DNA of 64,000 bases from an uncultured Planctomycetota bacterium. Its GTDB lineage: Bacteria; Planctomycetota; Planctomycetia; Isosphaerales; Isosphaeraceae. The position numbers were made by a program, and so were the translations under genes. Position 1 is the first letter of the stretch; the number at the start of each line of letters is the position of its first letter. Below, piece by piece: positions 56,877 through 64,000 of the stretch. The notes under the pieces were generated by a model. The model worked only from the letters and a program-made list of their open reading frames with translations. It was not told the origin of the DNA and ran no database searches. The stretch lies in the NCBI GenBank assembly GCA_963845755.1, contig CAWJTV010000047.1, forward strand, positions 128,001-192,000, given 5' to 3'.

Positions 56877-57824
56877 TCATGAGAGGAACTGCGAGATCAG
56901 CCGGTAGATCTCCGGTTGATAGATGTCCGAATGATGTCCAGACGGGGCTTCCGTCAGCGTGTCCACCTTGTAAGAATCGTGGGTGTGCAGGAGGGTTAGG
57001 TCGGCGACGACCAGGCGGGCGTTGAGTCCCGGAGCCGTGGTGAAGCCCACGTCCACCGAGACCGACTGGGCCCCGCCGAACCGGGCTTTCAACGCATCCG
57101 TGGGACCCGCATATCCGAGGGCCTGTTGCGCCTGACTGAATAGCTTCAGGTGTCCTGCCGCGAAGTAAGCAACCTTCAGGGCCGTGTCCAGATCGGAGTG
57201 GCTTATCAGAATCCGAATGTTCGGGAGGCCCGCGACTTCGCCGTACGATTGGCCGGCATCAAGCTCATTGCAGTCGAATGCCGCCTCGAGCAGGACCAGG
57301 TCGATGGAGACGCCGGCGAGCAGGCTGGCCGATTGAACCGCCATCTGCTGCAATGCCGCACACACGACCTTGCAGCCGAAGCTGTGCCCGAGCAGGCGGA
57401 GGCTCGGTGCGGGAAGGCCCGCGGCCTGTCGTGCCTCGAGGATCAGGCGCAACGTGGCGTATCCGCCTTCCTCGCCGACGTCGTCGGCCATCATGGCACG
57501 GTTGAAGAACGACAGCGGCTGGAAGATATTCACGAGGGAGTTCTGTTGCTCACTGATCATTGCCGGCCAGTGGACCCCGATCCCGAGTGCGGAGAGTTGT
57601 GCCGCCGCCGCGGTCAACAGAATGACGCCCGCAAGCCCGATCGAGAACCGCGAATAATCGTTCATGGCGTCTTCCGCCGTCGTCCACCACCCGTGCGAGT
57701 ACAGGAAGACGTCCGTGAACGCGAACGGGCTGCTCATCGCGGTGGTCAGGCTCGGGCCGATATTCGGGTCGGTGTAAGCGCCCTGTGCCGTCATGGGTAC
57801 CATGACGTAGTGATCGTGAGGCAT
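56877..57824 (-). CDS. Alpha/beta hydrolase-like protein
   Basis: LYSHGW, nucleophile elbow LLGHSFG, SDLDTAL, GHHSDI. Confidence 0.65.
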   Translation of the reverse strand: MPHDHYVMVPMTAQGAYTDPNIGPSLTTAMSSPFAFTDVFLYSHGWWTTAEDAMNDYSRFSIGLAGVILLTAAAAQLSALGIGVHWPAMISEQQNSLVNIFQPLSFFNRAMMADDVGEEGGYATLRLILEARQAAGLPAPSLRLLGHSFGCKVVCAALQQMAVQSASLLAGVSIDLVLLEAAFDCNELDAGQSYGEVAGLPNIRILISHSDLDTALKVAYFAAGHLKLFSQAQQALGYAGPTDALKARFGGAQSVSVDVGFTTAPGLNARLVVADLTLLHTHDSYKVDTLTEAPSGHHSDIYQPEIYRLISQFLS

Positions 57825-57924
57825 CACGCATCCTCCTGGTGGCCGATCCCGTCGTGGAACGGAGGGATCGTCGAACGTTCGTCGAGGATTCTAGACGATC
57901 GGGTACAGAGCGAGAAGGTGCCAG

Positions 57925-59228
57925 TCAATCCAGCGTCGTCGGGTCGGGGTCGCATCGGATCGGTCGGCGTGGATCGATGAACAGCCAGCACGCCGCACCG
58001 GCGAGATAGAGAGCGCCCGCAATGTAGAGCGGAGTCGCCCAGTCCTCGGCGCCTTTCTCGAGGAAGTAGGGGAGGACGATCGGGCTGAGGAACGCGCCGA
58101 GCTGGCCGGCGCTGTTCATGGTCCCGGTTACGAGGCCCGCATGAGGGCCGGCGATGTCGAGGCAAGAGCCCCAGGCCGCGCCGAGCAAGAAACTGTCCGC
58201 GGCCCCCGCCAATGCGATCAGCAGTGCGGCGAGGAGCGCGTTTCCCACGCCGGCCCCGGCGATCAAGCCGATCCCTGCGGTCAGCAACGCCATGCCTCCA
58301 ATCCAGCATCGGCCCGCTCTCAAGCCGTGGCGTCGCGTCAAGAAATCTGTGGCCAGGCCGCCCAGGAGATCGGCCCCCGCGCTCAGGATCAGCGGCAGGC
58401 CGGCCAGCAGATTCAACTGCAACCCTGAGAAGCCGCGGGCCTCCTTCAGGTAGGTCGGGAGCCACGTGATGTTGAAGTAGAAGCCATATGCCTGGGTGAA
58501 ATACATCAAGCAGAGCAGGATCACGTTCCGGTCGGACAGGATCTGGCCCAGAGCCTCGAAGTCGAGTCGATGAGGCCGACTCGGCTTTCGTCCCGATTCG
58601 ATGTACTTCCGCTCCGATTCGCTGACAGCGGGATGATCGGCCGGCTCGTCCCGGAACCAGCGGAACCAGGCCGCGGCCCAGACGAAGCCGACCATTCCAA
58701 ACATGACGAAAACCAGTCGCCAGGGTAGGACGGTCAACAGGGCACCGACCAGGATCGGTGTCAGCCCGCCGCCGAGATGCGCCCGGCGAAGAAGATCCCC
58801 TGGGCCGTGCCGCGCTCCGAGGCGGGGAACCATCGCGAGAACGTCCGCGAGGCATTGGGGAACGCACCGGCCTCGCCCATCCCGAACAAGAACCGGACGG
58901 CCAGCATCGACACGTAGTTGAACGCCGCGGCGGTCGCGATCGTGAAGGTCGACCACCAGATCACGATCCGCATCAGCACGCGGCGCGCACCGATCCGATC
59001 GCCCCAAGCTCCACTCGGGATCTCGAACAGCGCGTAGGCGATCGTGAACGCGCTGAAGACGTATCCCATCTGCACCTTCGAGAGCCCCATGTCCTGCCGG
59101 ATCTCCGCCTCCGCCCGGGAGATGCAAACCCGGTCCAGGTACGTCACCGCCGCCAGGGCGACGGTAAACGCCAGGACCTGGTATCGGACCCGCGTCGTCG
59201 GCTTGTCGTCGAATGGATCCTCGATCAT
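57925..59228 (-). CDS. MFS sugar-acid transporter, ACS family (frameshift near 58785)
   Basis: [51 protein letters not shown]. Confidence 0.88.
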
Positions 59229-59361
59229 GGGAGTGACTGGTGGCTGGCGGTGATGAGGAAGTTATAGTGTCATGGGGGTTCCGAGAGTGGCTAGTAAACG
59301 CGAGGTTGGCCACGATTTCCAGCCACCCGCCACCCGCCTCTTACCCGAAAGGGGTCCCACC

Positions 59362-60618
59362 ATGAACTCAACGCACAGGAATCGAGGGATTGCGAGCCGT
59401 CGTTCGGTGCTGGCCGGTGCCTTCGGGGTGCTGGGCTGGTCGGCCTTCGATCGGGCCGAGGCCGAGGCTCAGGAGCGCGTCGGGCACGATGCGCCCGTCG
59501 GATCTCGGGAGCGGATCAAGATCACCAAGCTGGAGACCCTGCTGGTCAAGCCGCGCTGGCTCTTCCTAAAGGTGCACACCGACGCGGGGATCGTGGGCCT
59601 CGGCGAGCCGATCGTGGAGGGACGCGCGCTGACCGTGGCCGAGGCCGTCAAGGAAATCGAGCCCTACCTGCTGGGCAAGGACCCGCGCCGCGTGGTCCAC
59701 CATTGGCAGGCCGTCTACCGGCATGCATTCTACCGCGGCGGCCCGATCCTCACCAGCGCGCTGAGCGGGATTGACCAGGCCCTCTGGGACATCAAGGGGA
59801 AAGCATTGGGCATACCGGTCTACGAGCTGCTGGGCGGGCCGACTCGCAACAAGATTCGCGTGTATGCCCATGCCAGGACTCCGGAGCAGATCAAGCGCGG
59901 CCGCGAGCTCGGCTTCACGGCGTTCAAGACAAACCCGGCGAAGAGGCGGCCGTCGCGCTACGTCGAGACGCCGGCCGAGGTCCACTACGCCGCGGAGAAA
60001 TTCGCCGAGCTGCGCAAGGCCGCGGGTGACGACGTGGACATCGCCATCGACTTCCACGGCGCGATCAGCCCGGCCACCGCCAAGCTCCTGATCAAGGCGA
60101 TCGAGCCGTTTCAGCCGATGTTCGTCGAGGAGCCGTGCCAGGCCCAGAACCACGAGGTGATGGCGGAAATCGCCCGCGGGACCCACCTGCCGATCGCCAC
60201 CGGCGAACGGGTCTTCACCAAGTGGGGGTTCCGCGAGGTGCTGGAGAAACGCGCGGCCACGATCCTCCAGCCCGACCTGTGCCATGCCGGTGGGATCACC
60301 GAGGTCCGGCTGATCGCCGGCATGGCCGAGGCCTACTACGCCGCCATTGCTCCCCACAACCCCCTGGGACCGATCTCGCTGGCCGCCGGCATCCAGATCG
60401 CCGCCTCGATCCCCAATTTCCTCTGCCAGGAGCAGGTCAGTCTGGGCGAGGGCTACCTCAAGACGCCGTTCACCTTGCGCAAGGGCTATCTCGACCTCCC
60501 CACCGGTCCGGGACTGGGCGTCGAGCTCGATGAAGACGCGATGGCCAACAAGATCGGTCACGATTGGAAGAACAGGGAGTCTTACGACGCCGATGACGGC
60601 TCGGTGGTCAACTGGTAG
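59362..60618 (+). CDS. dgoD: Galactonate dehydratase-like enolase-superfamily enzyme with Tat-type leader
   Basis: PRWLFLKVHTDAGIVGLGEP, FYRGGPILTSALSGIDQALWDI, DFHG, EEP, ATGER, APHNPLGP; leader SRRSVL...AEA. Confidence 0.85.
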   Translation: MNSTHRNRGIASRRSVLAGAFGVLGWSAFDRAEAEAQERVGHDAPVGSRERIKITKLETLLVKPRWLFLKVHTDAGIVGLGEPIVEGRALTVAEAVKEIEPYLLGKDPRRVVHHWQAVYRHAFYRGGPILTSALSGIDQALWDIKGKALGIPVYELLGGPTRNKIRVYAHARTPEQIKRGRELGFTAFKTNPAKRRPSRYVETPAEVHYAAEKFAELRKAAGDDVDIAIDFHGAISPATAKLLIKAIEPFQPMFVEEPCQAQNHEVMAEIARGTHLPIATGERVFTKWGFREVLEKRAATILQPDLCHAGGITEVRLIAGMAEAYYAAIAPHNPLGPISLAAGIQIAASIPNFLCQEQVSLGEGYLKTPFTLRKGYLDLPTGPGLGVELDEDAMANKIGHDWKNRESYDADDGSVVNW

Positions 60619-60621
60619 GTC

Positions 60622-60684
60622 AAGTACGTCAGGCTTTCCAGCCTGACGAACCGGCTGCGTCCGTCTGGAAAGCCTGACCTACTT
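60622..60684. repeat. REP-like inverted pair (GTAGGTCAGGCTTTCCAG family) between convergent genes
   Basis: 60622-60647 and 60659-60684 are inverted copies (23/26); overlaps the stop of the minus-strand gene. Confidence 0.8.
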
Positions 60685-61920
60685 TTTCGCCGGTGAAATC
60701 GTAATCGTCTTGCACTGGACAGAGTTGAGCCCGGAGCGTTGCTGGAAGGGTCGAGGCTCGGGTTGCGCGTATCCGTTCTTGTCGATCGTCCGGACACGAA
60801 ACTCGTAAATCCCCGGCTTCAAACCGTGCAACGTCGCTGACCACGAAGCGACGCTGAACCTCATGGGCCACTCCTTCGGCCGGCCATTCGGGGCGAATCC
60901 CCAGACCTGACTGGGCTTGACGTCTGTCGGTACCTCGCCTCCCCAGTCGTCCGGAGGCGGATCGAGAGAACAGGACCGCCACTGCGCGGATCGCCATGCG
61001 GGGTCGTCGTCGCGGAGCTCGACGCGGGGACGAGTCCCGGGACGAAGCCAGTATTCGACCCGCTCCAGCCCTGGCCAGCCCACCATCGCCGTTCCCCGGA
61101 TCGCCAACGCCTTGCCGGCTGGATAATTCCCGGGCTCGGGATCATCGAGATAAGCGGCGGTCTTCAGATAGGACTCGGGATCGTTATTCGCCAGGGCGTA
61201 GGTGTCGTTGGCCTGGTAATCGTTAGTCAGCATGATGTGCTGGAGCCACTTGATCGACTTGAAGCCGTGCGCCCAAGGCACGATCATTCGCACGGGCCCG
61301 CCGCGCTCCAGGGGGATCGGCTGGCCATTCAGTCGATAAGCAACAAATGGCGGCAGCTCGCCAGGCGGGGTGTCGAGGACCTGGTTGATCGCCAGCGAGG
61401 AGCGGAACATCTGCTTCGGATCATTGTTGTGGAAACCCCAGTAGTAAACCCGCCGGACGTCCCTCATCTTTCCGGTCGCGCGGAGGACGTCGCGCAGGGG
61501 CACTCCCTCCCACAACCCCTGTCCCAGTGGCTGGGCGATGTTGTTGCACTGCATGGCCTTGAGGAACTTGACGCCGCGCGTCCTTCCCAGCGCCAGGAGA
61601 CCGGGGAAGTCCAGCGCGGTGCCGCCTTCGATGCGGAGCGGCCTGTCGACGGCCGCTTTTCCCTCGGCGGCGACCTCCAGCCGCCACGTATCGGGAGTGA
61701 GCCGAGCCTGGACTAGCGCCTCGCCCTCGAGGGTGTGCGGGATCGGGTTGCCGCGGCTGACATCGCGGAACTCGTCGCCAGGGGTCAGGAACGGCCGGGG
61801 TGGGTCGGCCGGTCGATCGGGCTGATCACTCGCCAATCCGGAGCCGCCCGGCACGGCCAGCAGGGAGAGTCCGGCGACGCCCCGGCGAATCGCGTCGCGT
61901 CGAGAGAGCGAGTCCTTCAT
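60679..61920 (-). CDS. Molybdopterin-dependent oxidoreductase (sulfite oxidase family) with Tat signal
   Basis: SRRDAI, MQCNN, WEGVPLRDVL, NGQPIPLERGGPVRMIVPWAHGFKSIKWL. Confidence 0.88.
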   Translation of the reverse strand: MKDSLSRRDAIRRGVAGLSLLAVPGGSGLASDQPDRPADPPRPFLTPGDEFRDVSRGNPIPHTLEGEALVQARLTPDTWRLEVAAEGKAAVDRPLRIEGGTALDFPGLLALGRTRGVKFLKAMQCNNIAQPLGQGLWEGVPLRDVLRATGKMRDVRRVYYWGFHNNDPKQMFRSSLAINQVLDTPPGELPPFVAYRLNGQPIPLERGGPVRMIVPWAHGFKSIKWLQHIMLTNDYQANDTYALANNDPESYLKTAAYLDDPEPGNYPAGKALAIRGTAMVGWPGLERVEYWLRPGTRPRVELRDDDPAWRSAQWRSCSLDPPPDDWGGEVPTDVKPSQVWGFAPNGRPKEWPMRFSVASWSATLHGLKPGIYEFRVRTIDKNGYAQPEPRPFQQRSGLNSVQCKTITISPAKK

Positions 61921-62086
61921 CGATCTTCCCTGTTGAGAGCGTACCCGACGAGAGGGTGAACGCGTGACCTTCCCTCTCGGGTGCATGTCGGCACCGTCAG
62001 GCCACCGGGCTGGTACCGATCGGCCTTGTGGCGAAGCTCGATCGACCGTTCTCCGCTATCATCATACCGAAAGGCTGGGCACAGAC

Positions 62087-63308
62087 TCAACAGGTGCAAG
62101 AAACGGATGGAACGGAGCCTGGGGACGCCGCGATCGGGCGTGGCGTGGCCTCGGCGAGTGCGACCTGACTTCGTCCCCCGCGCTGGGCGCGGGCGAGGGC
62201 ATCGTCGGCCGCGTCCAGGAGCGAGAATGCACTTCGCCGCATCCCCCGGAAACTCGGCGACCCCGATCGAGACGGTCGCGCAGCCCAGTTCGGCGACGTT
62301 CCGTGTCCTTTCGTTGATCGAGCGGCTGATCTTCTGAGCGACGTGCAGGGCGTTGCGGGCGCGGGCGCGGATCAGCATCACGACGATGCGATTGTCGTCG
62401 AGCCGCGCCACGATATCGCTTCGGCGGATCGAGGACGCCACGATCTGACATACTTCCCGGGCCAGGTGATCGACGGCATCCGGACCGAGCAAGTCCCGGA
62501 TCGCACTCAACCGGTCGATCGCCAGGCACAAGAGTGAGATCGGCTCGCGATGCCTCTTGGCCTGTCCCAGGGCAAAAGGAAAGACCGCATTCAGGAATGT
62601 CGCGTCGCCGATCACGCCCGGTGGCTTCGCCTGGTTGGCGAGGGATCGACCTTCGTCACCCGTCTCATCGACGGCTTTCCAGCCCCACTCGGCTTGCTGG
62701 CGAAGATGCTCCATGGCACAGGCCGCCATCGTGCAGGCGATCGCGAGTCTCCGCAGCACCACCGGCCGAAGGGCCAAACGGGTCCTCGTGTGGATCAACT
62801 GGAGCCGGCCATGGACAACGCCACCGCACCGCAACGGAAGCTCGGTCATCGATTCGCCGCGCCATCTCCCCGGATCGTGGACAGGATGGCCTGTCCGATC
62901 CGAGAGACCTTCGCCGTCCGAACCGGGACAGGGACCGGCGACCTCGTCCGGCGTGCGGATCAGCGCGATCCGCTTGTCGGGCACCAAGCTCCGAGTCAGA
63001 CTGAGCAGACCTGCCTCGATGTCGGCTGGGCTCGCGACCCCGTCCAGTTCCCGCGCGAACTGGTGAAGGGCCTCCTCGAACCGTCGTCGGCCTCCGCCGA
63101 AGCCTTCGGCCCATGCCCCACGACTGATTCGTAGTGCCAACGACCACCAGCGGCGAAGCCCTCGTTCGTGGGCGACCGGCCCCCCGCCGGACTCGACCGA
63201 GCCCTCTCCTTCGCCCCCTGAAGGCCGAGCATAAAGCTCCCGACTCAACCCTCGCTCCGCCACGGGACCATCTGCCCCGACATCAATTCTCCATGATCTC
63301 ATGCTCAT
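62087..63308 (-). CDS. Degenerate GGDEF-domain protein (frameshift near 62235; start uncertain)
   Basis: PISLLCLAID, IRRSDIVARLDDNRI, TVSIGVAEFP, then LLDAADDALARAQRGGR in the shifted frame. Confidence 0.75.
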
Positions 63309-64000
63309 ATTTTTTCCATGAACGTGGGTTAGTGATACGGTTGACAACTCGATCGTCCGATCGGATCACGACGGAGCTCCGGGGCCCCGCCGACAGTTCC
63401 CACATCTGATCCAGCAGACCCGGAGAGATCTCCCCACCTCATTTACTGCGCCTCGGGAGGATCCGGGCAAGATCCGCTTCGCTTCGTGGAGGCGCTATAA
63501 TAAACCGCATCAACGCCACGTCGGTGGCTTGGGTCGATGTCTTGTGCAGATCGGGTTTTGACAATCCTCTCAGAGGTGAGGGCTCTGGCATCGCCGGATT
63601 GACGAACGGGCCAGGCCCAAGCACTTTTTGTGCCAATCCTGAGAAAACTCATCGCTGGCGGATTGCGAGAAGTTGAGTCGTAACGATCATATCGCCGTCA
63701 TCGTTGCAATAGGCGTGGCGAGCGCGATGCGGATGACACTTCATAACGACCGATCGCTGATCGTCGGGCCGGTACGCGACGCGCTCACAACCGGCTGGAA
63801 GGAACGTCACCTCCCTTACCAAAAGGGTAGGTCATGCTTCTTAGCCGATGGGAAACGCACTTGCCAGAATCGGCAAAAATGATGAGGATAGGGCTTCCGG
63901 AGGCCGATCCGTGTAGATATTCGGCAACACGTCTCCTTACGCGTCGTCGCCGCCTTTCTCCGATTGGGGGACGGAGCCCCATGCGAACTCAGAGGATTGT

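Noticed and set aside
63350..64000. c-di-GMP riboswitch or small gene upstream of the GGDEF gene
   Set aside because: Only a GGCAAA fragment is present, without the rest of the consensus; the short ORFs lack support.

Overview
GC-rich bacterial chromosomal segment. Marker families (DUF1559 prepilin-like protein, LEPRxLL export motif, ECF sigma plus Ser/Thr kinase pair, YTV-like repeat protein, HEAT/Hint protein, Uma2) point to Planctomycetota, probably Isosphaeraceae-like. About 45 genes are recognisable. They include a TetR-ybhGFSR-like ABC efflux operon, a short DnaA paralogue, two tandem retropepsin-PDZ proteases, a secreted caspase-like/EF-hand/PDZ protein, an NYN-LOTUS protein, a P450, an RND/MFP/TolC efflux set with a nearby OmpR-type two-component system, a Hint-domain protein, glyA, an AsmA-like protein, a Tat-signal dgoD, a Mo-oxidoreductase and a degenerate GGDEF protein. 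I saw no rRNA, tRNA, CRISPR array or intact transposase. There are four families of REP-like or miniature inverted repeats. About 25 frameshifts in otherwise intact genes indicate an unpolished long-read consensus. Most interesting signals: (1) a window-wide GTCGAC to GTCAAC/GTTGAC/GTTAAC pattern that turns conserved Val-Asp into Val-Asn, probably the footprint of DNA methylation; (2) a secreted Hint protein ending His-Asp-Phe, predicted to cleave or ligate rather than splice; (3) a concentration of secreted PDZ-gated proteases near secreted repeat proteins. All calls come from reading the sequence by eye; no database searches were run.
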